DNA from: Eledone cirrhosa
Taxonomy: Eukaryota
Length of the DNA stretch: 64,000 nucleotides
Direction: 5' to 3'
NCBI GenBank assembly: GCA_964016885.1
Contig: OZ024743.1
Span: forward strand, 139,934,001 to 139,998,000
Positions within the stretch are counted from its first letter, which is position 1. The number at the start of each line of letters is the position of its first letter. Under the pieces are notes generated by a model. The model saw only the letters and a list, made by a program, of their open reading frames with translations, was not told the DNA's origin and did not search any database. Both the position numbers and the translations under genes were made by a program. Below are positions 44,501-59,300 of this stretch, piece by piece.

Positions 44501-47500
44501 GCCCCAAGCAGCAAGCACCAAACACCAAGCAGCAAGCACCAAGCACCAAGCACCAAACACCAAGCACCAGGCACCAAGCACCAAACACCAAGCAGCAAGC
44601 ACCAATCACCAAGCACCAAACACCAAGCAGCAAGCACCAAGCACCAAGCACCAAACACCAAGCACCAGGCACCAAGCACCAAACACCAAGCACCATGCAC
44701 CAAGCACCATGCCCCAAACACTTAACACCAAGCACCAAGCACCAAACACCAAGCACCAAAAACCAAACACCAAGCACCAACTACTAAACACCAAGCACCA
44801 AACACCAAACACCAAGCATCAAACACCAAACACCAAACACCAAGCACCAAACACCAAGCACCAAGCACCAAACTCCAAACACCAAGCACCAAGCACCAAA
44901 CAACAAGCACCCAGCACCAAACACCAAACACCAAGCACGCAGCATCAAACACAAAGCACCAAGCACCAAGCACCAAACACCAAGCACCAAGACCCAAGCA
45001 CCAAACACCAAACAACAAGCACCAGGCCCCAAGCACCTAACACGAAACACCAAGCACGCATCACCAAGCACCAAGCACCAAACACCAAACACCAAACACC
45101 AAGCACCAAGAACCAAACACCAAACACCAAACAGCAAGCACCAAGCACCAAACACCAAGCACCAAACACCAAACACCAAGCACCAATCACAAAACACTAA
45201 TCACCAAGCACCAAGCACCAAACACCGAGCACCAAGCATCAAGCACCAAACACCAAGCACCAAGCACCAAGAACCAAGCACCAAACACCAAGCACCAAGC
45301 ACCAAACACCAAACCCCAAGCACCAAAGACCAAGCACTAAGCACCAAGGACCAAACACCAAGCACCAAGGACCAAGCAACAAACACCAAGCACCAAGCAC
45401 CAAACACCCAGCACCAAGCACCAAGCACCAAACACCAAACACCAAGCACACAGCATCAAACACCAAGCACCAAGCACCAAGCACCAAACACCAGGCACCA
45501 AGCACCATGTACCAAACACCAACCACCAAGCACCAAACACCAAACACCAAGCACCAAGCACCAAGCACGAAACACCAGGCACCAAGCACCAAGTACCAAA
45601 CACCAAACACCAAGCACCAAACACCAGCCACCCAGCACCAAGCACCAAACACCAAACACCAAGCACTAAGCACCAAACACCAAACAGCAAGCACCAGGCA
45701 CCAAGCACCAAACACCAAACACCAAGCATGCAGCACCAAACACCAAGCACCAAACACCAAGCACCAAACACCAAGCACCAAGCACTAAGCACCAAACACC
45801 AAACACCAAGCACCAAGCACCAAGAATCAAACACCAAACACCAAACACCAAGCACCAAGCACCAAGCACCAAACACCAAGCACCAAGCACCAAGCACCAA
45901 ACACCAAACACCAAACACCAAGCACCAAGAACCAAACACCAAACAGCAGGCACCAAGCACCAAACACCAAGCACCAATCACCAAACACTAATCACCAAGC
46001 ACCAAGCCCCAAACACCAAGCAGCAAGCAGCAAGCACCAAACACCAAGCACCAAGCACCAAACACCAAGCACCAAACACGAAGCACCAAGCACCAAACAC
46101 CAAACCCCAAGCACCAAAGACCAAGCACCAAGCACCATGCCCCAGACACCAAGCACCAAGCAGCAAGCACCAAAAACCAAGCACCAAGCACCAAACACCA
46201 AGCACCAAACACCAAGCATCAAACACCAAACACCAAACACCAAGCACCAAACACCAAGCACCAAGCACCAAACACCAAACACCAAGCACCAAGCACCAAG
46301 CACCAAACAACAAACACCAAGCACCAAACACCAGATATCAAGCACCAAGCACCAAACACCAAACACCAAGCACCAAACACAAAACAACAAGCACCAGGCA
46401 CCAAGCACCAAACACCAAACACCAAGCACCAAGCACCAAACACCAAACACCAAGCACGCAGCATCAAACACCAAGCACCAAGCACCAAGCACCAAACACC
46501 AAGCACCAAGCACCAAACACCAAGTACCAAACACAAAGCACCAAGCACCAAACACCAAGCACCAAGCACCAAACACCAAGCACCAAGCACCAAACACCAA
46601 ACCACAAGCATCAAACACCAAACCCCAAGCACCAAGCACCAAACACTAATCACCACGCACCAAGCACCAAACAACAAGCACCAAGCACCAAGCACCAGGC
46701 ACCAAGCACCAAGCACCAAACACTAATCACCAAGCACCAAGCACCAAGCACCAAACACCAAACACCAAGCCCCAAGCACAAAACACCAAGCACCAAGCAC
46801 CAAACACCAAACACCAAGCACCAAAGACCAAGCACGAAGCACCAAGCACCAAGTACCAAACAATAAGCACCAAGCACCAAGCACCAAACACCAAGCACCA
46901 AGCACCAAACACCAACCACCCAGCACCAAGCACCAAGCACCAAACACCAGGCACCAAACACTAAACACCAAACACCAAGCACCAAGCACCAAGCACCAAA
47001 CACCAAGCACCAAGCACTAAGCACCAAACACCAAGCCCCAAGCACCAAGCACCAAACACCAAACACCAAGCAACAAGCACCAAACACCAAGCACCAAGCA
47101 CCATGCACCTAGCACCAAACACCAAACACCAAGCACTAAGCACCAAACACCAAGCACCAATCACCAAGCACCAAACACCAAGCAGCAAGCAGCAAGCACC
47201 AAACACCAAACACCAAGCACCAAGCACCAAACACCAAGCACCAAGGACCAAACATCAAACACCAAGCACCAAGCACCAAACACCTAACACCAAGCACCAA
47301 GCACCAAGCACCAAGCACCGAACACCAAGCACATAACACCAAGCACCAAACACCAAGCACCAAGCACCAAACACCAAGCACCAAACACCAAGCACCAAGC
47401 ACCAAGCACCAAGCACCAAACACCAAGCACCAGGCACCAAGCACCAAAACACCAAGCACCATGCACCAAGCACCAAGCCCCAAACACTTAACACCAAGCA

Positions 47501-50500
47501 CCAAGCACCAAGCACCAAACACCAATCACCAAAAACCAAACACCAAGCACCAAGTACCAAACACCAAGCACCAAGCACCAAACACCAAGCACCAAGCACC
47601 AATCACCAAACACCAAGAACCAAGCACCATCCATCAATCACCAAGCACCAAGCACCAGGCACCAAGCACCAAGCACCAAACACAAAACACCAAGCACCAA
47701 GCAGCAAGCAGCAAACACCAAGCATCAAACACCAAACACCAAACACCAAGCACCAAACACCAAGCACCAAGCACCAAACACCAAACACCAAGCACCAAGC
47801 ACCAAGCACCAAACAACAAACACCAAGCACCAAACACCAGATATCAAGCACCAAGCACCAAACACCAAACACCAAGCACCAGGCACCAAGCACCAAACAC
47901 CAAACACCAAGCACCAAGCACCAAACACCAAACACCAAGCACGCAGCATCAAACACCAAGCACCAAGCACCAACCACCAAACACCAGGCACCAAGCACCA
48001 AACACCAAGCACCAAACACAAAGCACCAAGCACCAAACACCAAGCACCAAGCACCAAACACCAAGCACCAAGCACCAAACACCAAACCACAAGCACCAAA
48101 CACCAAACCACCAGCACCAAGCACCAAACACTAATCATCAAGCACCAAGCACCAAACAACAAGCACCAAGCACCAAGCACCAAGCACCAGGCACCAAGCA
48201 CCAAGCACCAAACACTAATCACCAAGCACCAAGCCCCAAACACTTAACACCAAGCACCAAGCACCAAGCACCAAACACCAATCACCAAAAACCAAACACC
48301 AAGCACCAAGTACCAAACACCAAGCACCAAGCACCAAACACCAAGCACCAAGCACCAATCACCAAACACCAAGAACCAAGCACCATCCATCAATCACCAA
48401 GCACCAAGCACCAGGCACCAAGCACCAAGCACCAAACACAAAACACCAAGCACCAAGCAGCAAGCAGCAAACACCAAGTATCAAACACCAAACACCAAAC
48501 ACCAAGCACCAAACACCAAGCACCAAGCACCAAACACCAAACACCAAGCACCAAGCACCAAGCACCAAACAACAAACACCAAGCACCAAACACCAGATAT
48601 CAAGCACCAAGCACCAAACACCAAACACCAAGCACCAGGCACCAAGCACCAAACACCAAACACCAAGCACCAAGCACCAAACACCAAACACCAAGCACGC
48701 AGCATCAAACACCAAGCACCAAGCACCAAGCACCAAACACCAGGCACCAAGCACCAAACACCAAGCACCAAACACAAAGCACCAAACACCAAGCACCAAG
48801 CACCAAACACCAAGCACCAAGCACCAATCACCAAACACCAAGAACCAAGCACCATCCATCAATCACCAAGCACCAAGCACCAGGCACCAAGCACCAAGCA
48901 CCAAACACAAAACACCAAGCACCAAGCAGCAAGCAGCAAACACCAAGCATCAAACACCAAACACCAAACACCAAGCACCAAACACCAAGCACCAAGCACC
49001 AAACACCAAACACCAAGCACCAAGCACCAAGCACCAAACAACAAACACCAAGCACCAAACACCAGATATCAAGCACCAAGCACCAAACACCAAACACCAA
49101 GCACCAGGCACCAAGCACCAAACACCAAACACCAAGCACCAAGCACCAAACACCAAACACCAAGCACGCAGCATCAAACACCAAGCACCAAGCACCAAGC
49201 ACCAAACACCAGGCTCCAAGCACCAAACACCAAGCACCAAACACAAAGCACCAAGCACCAAACACCAAGCACCAAGCACCAAACACCAAGCACCAAGCAC
49301 CAAACACCAAACCACAAGCACCAAACACCAAACCACCAGCACCAAGCACCAAACACTAATCATCAAGCACCAAGCACCAAACAACAAGCACCAAGCACCA
49401 AGCACCAGGCACCAAGCACCAAGCACCAAACACTAATCACCAAGCACCAAGCCCCAAACACTTAACACCAAGCACCAAGCACCAACCACCAAACACCAAT
49501 CACCAAAAACCAAACACCAAGCACCAAGTACCAAACACCAAGCACCAAACACCAAGAACCAAGCACCATCCATCAATCACCAAGCACCAAGCACCAGGCA
49601 CCAAGCACCAAGCACCAAACACAAAACACCAAGCACCAAGCAGCAAGCAGCAAACACCAAGCATCAAACACCAAACACCAAACACCAAGCACCAAACACC
49701 AAGCACCAAGCACCAAACACCAAACACCAAGCACCAAGCACCAAGCACCAAACAACAAACACCAAGCACCAAACACCAGATATCAAGCACCAAGCACCAA
49801 ACACCAAACACCAAGCACCAGGCACCAAGCACCAAACACCAAACACCAAGCACCAAGCACCAAACACCAAACACCAAGCACGCAGCATCAAACACCAAGC
49901 ACCAAGCACCAAGCACCAAACACCAGGCACCATATACCAAACACCAAGCACCAAACACAAAGCACCAAGCACCAAACACCAAGCACCAAGCACCAAACAC
50001 CAAGCACCAAGCACCAAACACCAAACCACAAGCACCAAACACCAAACCACCAGCACCAAGCACCAAACACTAATCACCAAGCACCAAGCACCAAACAACA
50101 AGCACCAAGCACCAAGCACCAGGCACCAAGCACCAAGCACCAAACACTAATCACCAAGCACCAAGCACCAAGCACCAAACACCATGCACCAAGCACCAAG
50201 CACCAAAAACCAAGCACCAAGCACCAAACACCAAACAACAAGATCCAAAGACCAAGCACCAAGCACCAAGAACCAACCACCCAGCACCAAGCACCAAGCA
50301 CCAAACACCAAGCACCAAACACCAAACACCAAGCACCAAGCACCAAGCACCAAGCACCAAGCACCAAACACCAAGCACCAAGCACTAAGCACCAAACACC
50401 AAGCCCCAAGTACCAAGCACCAAACACCAAACACCAAGCACCAAGCACCAATCACCAAACACCAAGAACCAAGCACCAAACACCAAGCCCCTAGGACCAA

Positions 50501-52420
50501 GCACCAGGCACCAAGCACCAAGCACCAAACACAAAACACCAAGCACCAAGCACCAAGCAGCAAACACCAAGCATCAAACACCAAACACCAAACACCAAGC
50601 ACCAGGCACCAAGCACCAAGCACCAAACACCAAACACCAAGCACCAAGCACCAAGCACCAAACACCAAACACCAAGCACCATACACCAAACACCAAGCAC
50701 CAAGCACCAAACACCAAACAACAAGCACCAGGCACCAAGCACCAAACACCAAACACCAAGCATGCAGCATTAAACACCAAGCACCAAGCACCAAACACCA
50801 AGCACCAAGCACCAAGCACCAAGTACCAAACACCAAACACCAAGCACCAAGCACCAAGCACGAAACACCAGGCACCAAGCACCAAGCACCAAGCACCAAG
50901 CACCAAGCACCAAACACCAGCCACCAAGCACCAGGCACCAAACACTAATCACCAAGCACCAAGCACCAAACACCAAGCACCAAGCACCAAACACCAAACC
51001 CCAACCACCATAGACCAAGCACCAAGCACCAAGGAACAAACACCAAGCACCAAGCACCAAGCACCACACACCAAGCACCAAGCACCAAGCACTAAACAGC
51101 AAGCACCAAACACCAAACACCAAACAGCAAACACCAAACAGCAAACACCAAACACCAAACAGCAAACAGCAAACGCCAAACACCAAGCACCAAGCACCAA
51201 GCACCAAACACCAAGCACCAAGCACCAAGAACCAAACACCAAACACCAAACAGCAAGCACCAAGCACCAAACACCAAGCACCAAACACCAAACCCCAAGC
51301 ACCAATCACCAAACACTAATCACCAAGCACCAAGCACGAAAAACCGAGCACCAAACACCAAGCACCAAGCACCAAACACCAAACCCCAACCACCATAGAC
51401 CAAGCACCAAGCACCAAGGAACAAACTCCAAGCACCAAGCACCAAGCACCAAACACCAAGCACCAAGCACCAAACACCCAGCACCAAGCACCAAGCATCA
51501 AACAACAAGCACCAAGCACCAAACACCAAACACCAAACACCAAGCACCAAGCACTAAACAGCAAGCACCAAACACCAAACAACAAACAGCAAACACCAAA
51601 CAGCAAACACCAAACACCAAACAGCAAACAGCAAACGCCAAACACCAAGCACCAAGCACCAAGCACCAAACACCAAGCACCAAGCACCAAGCACAAAGAA
51701 CGAAACAGCAAGCAGCAAGCAGCAAGCACCAAACACCAAGCACCAAGGACCAAACATCAAACACCAAGCACCAAGCACCAAATACCAAACACCAAGCACC
51801 AAACACCAAGCACCAAACACCAAGCACCAAACACCAAGCACCAAACACCAAACACCAAGCACCAAGCACCAAGCACCAAACACCAAGTACCAAACACCAA
51901 GCACCAAACACCAAGTCCCACGCACCAAGCAGCAAACACCAAGCACCAAGCCCCAAGCACCAAACACCAAGCACCAAGCACCAAGCCCCTAGCACCTAAC
52001 ACCAAACACCAAGCACCAAGCACAAAACACCAAGCACCAATCACCAAGCACCAAACACCAAGCATCAAGCAGCAAGCACCAAACACCAAACACCAAGCAC
52101 CAAGCACCAAATACCAAACACCAAGCACCAAGGACCAAACATCAAACACCAAGCACCAAGCACCAAACGCCTAACACCAAGCACCAAGCACCAAGCACAA
52201 GCACCAAACACCAAGCACCAATCACCAAACACCAAGCACCAAGCACCAAACACCAAGCACCAGGCACCAAGCACCAAACACCAAGCACCAAGCACCAAAC
52301 AGCAAGCACCAAGACCGAAGCACCAAGCACCAAGCACCAAAAACCAAACACCAAGCACCAAGTACCAAAAACCATGCACTAAGAACCAAACACCAAGCAC
52401 CAAGCACCAATCACCAAGCA
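41570..52420 (+). repeat. Dispersed duplication ~41.6-43.8 kb vs ~50.1-52.4 kb (offset ~8499-8618)
   Basis: ORF pairs 42359/50949, 42502/51092 and 42716/51306 (offset 8590). Shared markers GCATGCAGCATTAAAC, GCCCCAAGTACC and GCACCACACACC. Copies differ by several substitutions and whole-unit indels. Confidence 0.85.
47460..50150 (+). repeat. Local four-copy tandem expansion marked by the private motif CCATCCATCAATC (spacings 756, 469 and 714 bp)
   Basis: Motif at 47627, 48383, 48852 and 49566, not seen elsewhere. ORFs 47634/48390/48859/49573 are near-identical. All spacings are multiples of 7. Confidence 0.93.
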
Positions 52421-53373
52421 CCAAACACCAAACACCAAGCACCAAGCACCAAGCGCCAAGCACCAAACACCAAGCACCAAGCACTAAGCACCAAACACCT
52501 AGCCCCAAGCAGCAAGCACCAAACAACAAACACCAAGCACCAAGCACCAAACACCAAGCACCAAGCACCAAGCACCTAGCACCAAACACCAAACACCAAG
52601 CACCAAGCACCAAACACCAAGCACCAATCACCAAGCACCAAACACCAAGCAGCAAGCACCAAGCACCAAGCACCAAACACCAAGCACCAGGCACCAAGCA
52701 CTAAGCACCAAACACCAAGCCCCAAGCACCAAGCACCAAACACCAAACACCAAGCACCAAGCACCAAACACCAAGCACCAAGCACCATGCACCTAGCACC
52801 AAACACCAAACACCAAGCAGCAAGCACCAAACACCAAGCACCAAGGACCAAACATCAAACACCAAGCACCAAGCACCAAACACCTAACACCAAGCACCAA
52901 GCACCAAGCACCAAGCACCGAACACCAAGCACATAACACCAAGCACCAAACACCAAGCACCAAGCACCAAACACCAAGCACCAAACACCAAGCACCAAGC
53001 ACCAAGCACCAAACACCAAGCACCAGGCACCAAGCACCAAACACCAAGCACCATGCACCAAGCACCAAGCCCCAAACACTTAACACCAAGCACCAAGCAC
53101 CAAAAACCAAACACCAAGCACCAAGTACCAAACACCAAGCACCAAGCACCAAACACCAAGCACCAAGCACCAATCACCATACACCAAGCACCAAGCACCA
53201 AGCACCAAGCACCAAGCACCAAGCACCAAACACAAAACACCAAGCACCAAGCACCAAGCAGCAAACACCAAGCATCAAACACCAAACACCAAACACCAAG
53301 CACCAAACACCAAGCACCAAGCACCAAACACCAAACACCAAGCACCAAGCACCAAGCACCAAACAACAAACAC

Positions 53374-56300
53374 CAAGCACCAAACACCAGATATCAAACA
53401 CCAAGCACCAAACACCAAACACCAAGCACCAAGCACCAAACACCAAACAACAAGCACCAGGCACCAAGCACCAAACACCAAACACCAAGCACCAATCAAC
53501 AAACACCAAGCACCAAGCACCAAACACCAAGCACCAGGCACCAAGCAGCAAACACCAAGCACCAAGCACCAAACACCAAGCACCAAACACAAAGCACCAA
53601 GCACCAAACACCAAACCCCAAGCACCAAACACCAAACCTCAAGCACCAAGCACAAAACACTAATCACCAAGCACCAAGCACCAAAAAACAAGCACCAAGC
53701 ACCAAGCACCAGGCACCAAGCACCAAGCACCAAACACTAATCACCAAGCACCAAGCACCAAGCACCAAACCCCAAGCACTAAGCACCAAGCACAAAACAC
53801 CAAGCACCAAGCACCAAACACCAAACACCAAGCACCAAAGACCAAGCACCAAACACTAAACACCAAACACCAAGCACCAAACACTAAACACCAAACACCA
53901 AGCACCAAGCACCAAGCACCAAACACCAAGCACCAAGCACTAAGCACCAAACACCAAGCCCCAAGCACCAAGCACCAAACACCAAACACCAAGCACCAAG
54001 CACCAAACACCAAGCACCAAGCACCATGCACCTAGCACCAAACACCAAACACCAAGCACCAAGCACCAAACACCAAGCACCAATCACCAAGCACCAAACA
54101 CCAAGCAGCAAGCAGCAAGCACCAAACACCAAGCACCAAGGACCAAACATCAAACACCAAGCACCAAGCACCAAACACCTAACACCAAGCACCAAGCACC
54201 AAGCACCAAGCACCGAACACCAAGCACATAACACCAAGCACCAAACACCAAGCACCAAGCACCAAACACCAAGCACCAAACACCAAGCACCAAGCACCAA
54301 GCACCAAACACCAAGCACCAGGCACCAAGCACCAAACACCAAGCACCATGCACCAAGCACCAAGCCCCAAACACTTAACACCAAGCACCAAGCACCAAAA
54401 ACCAAACACCAAGCACCAAGTACCAAACACCAAGCACCAAGCACCAATCACCATACACCAAGCACCAAGCACCAAGCACCAGGCACCAAGCACCAAGCAC
54501 CAAACACAAAACACCAAGCACCAAGCACCAAGCAGCAAACACCAAACATCAAACACCAAACACCAAACACCAAGCACCAAACACCAAGCACCAAGCACCA
54601 AACACCAAACACCAAGCACCAAGCACCAAGCACCAAACAACAAACACCAAGCACCAAACACCAGATATCAAGCACCAAGCACCAAACACCAAACACCAAG
54701 CACCAAGCACCAAACACCAAACAACAAGCACCAGGCACCAAGCACCAAACACCAAACACCAAGCACCAAGCACCAAACACCAAACACCAAGCACGCAGCA
54801 TCAAACACCAAGCACCAAGCACCAAGCACCAAACACCAAGCACCAAGCACCAAACACCAAGCACCAAACACAAAGCACCACGCACCAAACACCAAGCACC
54901 AAGCACCAAACACCAGGCACCAAGCACCAAACACCAAACCACAAGCACCAAACACCAAACCACAAGCACCAAGCACCAAACACTAATCACCAAGCACCAA
55001 GCACCAAACAACGAGCACCAAGCACCAAGCACCAGGCACCAAGCACCAAGCACCAAACACTAATCACCAAGCACCAAGCACCAAGCACCAAACACCATGC
55101 ACCAAGCACCAAGCACCAAAAACCAAGCACCAAGCACCAAACACCAAACACCAAGATCCAAAGACCAAGCACCAAGCACCAAGCACCAACCACCCAGCAC
55201 CAAGCACCAAGCACCAAACACCAAGCACCAAACACCAAACACCAAGCACCAAGCACCAAGCACCAAGCACCAAGCACCAAGCACCAAGCACCAAACACCA
55301 AGCACCAAGCACTAAGCACCAAACACAAAGCCCCAAGTACCAAGCACCAAACACCAAACACCAAGCACCAAACACCAATCACCAAACACCAAGAACCAAG
55401 CACCAAACACCAAGCCCCTAGGACCAAGCACCAGGCACCAAGCACCAAGCACCAAACACAAAACACCAAGCACCAAGCACCAAGCAGCAAACACCAAGCA
55501 TCAAACACCAAACACCAAACACCAAGCACCAAACACCAAGCACCAAGCACCAAACACCAAACACCAAGCACCAAGCACCAAGCACCAAACACCAAACACC
55601 AAGCACCATACACCAAACACCAAGCAGCAAGCACCAAACACCAAACAACAAGCACCAGGCACCAAGCACCAAACACCAAACACCAAGCACGCAGCATCAA
55701 ACACCAAGCACCAAGCACCAAACACCAAGCACCAAGCACCAAGCACAAAGTACCAAACACCAAACACCAAGCACCAAACACCAAACACCAAGCACCAAGC
55801 ACCAAGCACGAAACACCAGGCACCAAGCACCAAGCACCAAACACCAAACACCAAGCACCAAACACCAGCCACCAAGCACCAAGCACCAGACACCAAACAC
55901 CAAGCACTAAGCACCAAACACCAAACAACAAGCACCAGGCACCAAGCACCAAACACCAAACACCAAACACGCATCACCAAACACCAAGCACCAAGCAACA
56001 AGCACCTAAAACCAAGCACCAAGCACCAAGCACCAAACACCAAACACCAAACACCAAGCACCAAGCACCAAACACCAAGCACCAAACACCAAACCCCAAG
56101 CACCAATCACCAAACACTAATCACCAAGCACCAAGCACCAAACACCGAGCACCAAGCAGCAAGCACCAAACACCAAGCACCAAGCACCAAACACCAAACC
56201 CCAAGCACCACAGACCAAGCACCAAGCACCAAGGAACAAACACCAAGCACCAAGCACCATCACCAAACACCAAGCACCAAGCACCAAACACCCAGCACCA

Positions 56301-59300
56301 AGCACCAAGCATCAAACACCAAGCACCAAGCACCAAACACCAAACACCAAACACGAATCACCAAGCACTAAACAGCAAGCACCAAACACCAAACACCAAA
56401 CAGCAAACACCAAACAGAAAACACCAAACACCAAACAGAAAAGAGCAAACGCCAAACACCAAACACCAAACACCAAGCACCAAGAACCAAACACCAAACA
56501 CCAAACAGCAGGCACCAAGCACCAAACACCAAGCACGAATCACCAAACACTAATCACCAAGCACCAAGCACCAAACACCAAGCACCAAGCAGCAAGCACC
56601 AAACACCAAGCACCAAGCACCAAACACCAAGCACCAAACACCAAGCACCAAGCACCAAACACCAAACCCCAAGAAACAAAGACCAAGCACCAAGCACCAA
56701 GGACCAAACACCAAGCACCAAGCACCAAGCACCAAACACCAAGCACCAAGCAGCAAACACCCAGCACCAAGCACCAAGCACCAAACACCAAGCACCAAGC
56801 ACCAAACACCAAACACCAAACACCAAGCATCAAGCACCAAACAGCAAGCACCAAACACCAAGCACCAAACACAAAGTCCCACGCACCAAGCACTAAACAC
56901 CAAACACCAAGCACCAAGCACCAAACACCAAGCACCAAGCACCAAGCCCCTAGCACCAAACACCAGACACCAAGCAAAAAGCACAAAACACCAAGCACCA
57001 ATCACCAAGCACCAAACACCAAGCAGCAAGCAGCAAGCACCAAACACGAACGACCAAGCACCAAGCACCAAATACCAAACACCAAGCACCAAGGACCAAA
57101 CATCAAACACCAAGCACCAAGCACAAAACGCCTAACACCAAGCACCAAGCACCAAGCACCAAGCACCAAACACCAAGCACCAATCACCAAACACCAAGCA
57201 CCAAGCACCAAACACCAAGCACCAGGCACCAAGCAGCAAACACCAAGCACCAAGCACCAAACACCAAGCACCAAACACAAAGCACCAAGCACCAAACACC
57301 AAACCCCAAGCACCAAACACCAAACCTCAAGCACCAAGCACAAAACACTAATCACCAAGCACCAAGCACCAAACAACAAGCACCAAGCACCAAGCACCAG
57401 GCACCAAGCACCAAGCACCAAACACTAATCACCAAGCACCAAGCACCAAGCACCAAACACCAAGCACCAAGCACCAAGCACAAAACACCAAGCACCAAGC
57501 ACCAAACACCAAACACCAAGCACCAAAGACCAAGCACGAAGCACCAAGCACCAAGCACCAAACAATAAGCACCAAGCACCAAGCACCAAACACCAAGCAC
57601 CAAGCACCAAACACCAACCTCCCAGCACCAAGCACCAAGCACCAAACACCAAGCACCAAACACTAAACACCAAACACCAAGCACCAAGCACCAAGCTCCA
57701 AACACCAAGCACTAAGCACCAAACACCAAGCCCCAAGCACCAAGCACCAAACACCAAACACCAAGCACCAAGCACCAAACACCAAGCACCAAGCACCATG
57801 CACCTAGCACCAAACACCAAACACCAAGCACCAAGCACCAAACACCAAGCACCAATCACCAAGCACCAAACACCAAGCAGCAAGCAGCAAGCACCAAACA
57901 CCAAACACCAAGCACCAAGCACCAAACACCAGATATCAAGCACCAAGCACCAAACACCAAACACCAAGCACCAAGCACCAAACACCAAACAACAAGCACC
58001 AGGCACCAAGCACCAAACACCAAACACCAAGCACCAATCACCAAACACCAAGCACCAAGCACCAAACACCAAGCACCAGGCACCAAGCAGCAAACACCAA
58101 GCACCAAGCACCAAACACCAAGCACCAAACACAAAGCACCAAGCACCAAACACCAAACCCCAAGCACCAAACACCAAACCTTAAGCACCAAGCACAAAAC
58201 ACTAATCACCAAGCACCAAGCACCAAACAACAAGCACCAAGCACCAAGCACCAGGCACCAAGCACCAAGCACCAAACACTAATCACCAAGCACCAAGCAC
58301 CAAGCACCAAACCCCAAGCACTAAGCACCAAGCACAAAACACCAAGCACCAAGCACCAAACACCAAACACCAAGCACCAAAGACCAAGCACCAAACACTA
58401 AACACCAAACACCAAGCACCAAACACTAAACACCAAACACCAAGCACCAAGCACCAAGCACCAAACACCAAGCACCAAGCACTAAGCACCAAACACCAAG
58501 CCCCAAGCACCAAGCACCAAACACCAAACACCAAGCACCAAGCACCAAACACCAAGCACCAAGCACCATGCACCTAGCACCAAACACCAAACACCAAGCA
58601 CCAAGCACCAAACACCAAGCACCAATCACCAAGCACCAAACACCAAGCAGCAAGCAGCAAGCACCAAACACCAAGCACCAAGGACCAAACATCAAACACC
58701 AAGCACCAAGCACCAAACACCTAACACCAAGCACCAAGCACCAAGCACCAAGCACCGAACACCAAGCACATAACACCAAGCACCAAACACCAAGCACCAA
58801 GCACCAAACACCAAGCACCAAACACCAAGCACCAAGCACCAAGCACCAAACACCAAGCACCAGGCACCAAGCACCAAACACCAAGCACCATGCACCAAGC
58901 ACCAAGCCCCAAACACTTAACACCAAGCACCAAGCACCAAAAACCAAACACCAAGCACCAAGTACCAAACACCAAGCACCAAGCACCAATCACCATACAC
59001 CAAGCACCAAGCACCAAGCACCAGGCACCAAGCACCAAGCACCAAACACAAAACACCAAGCACCAAGCACCAAGCAGCAAACACCAAGCACCAAACACAA
59101 AGCACCAAGGACCAAACACCAAACACCAAGCACCAAGCACCAAACACCAAACAACAAGCACCAAGCACCAAGCACCAAACAACAAACACCAAGCACCAAA
59201 CACCAGATATCAAGCACCAAGCACCAAACACCAAACACCAAGCACCAAGCACCAAACACCAAACAACAAGCACCAGGCACCAAGCACCAAACACCAAACA

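Noticed and set aside
48108-48115. CCACCAGC, the reverse complement of the E. coli Chi site GCTGGTGG (also near 49334 and 50048)
   Set aside because: It is a chance product of variants of a similar heptamer, copied by the local expansion. There is no evidence of a bacterial RecBCD context.
47461-49359. Long + strand ORFs (632 aa here; also 38095-39621, 59422-60963 and others) encoding TKHQAPS/TKHQTPN repeats that look mucin- or extensin-like
   Set aside because: The strand is almost T-free, so stops are rare by composition. All three frames give the same peptide, there is no non-repetitive domain or signal peptide, and starts and stops are chance unit variants.
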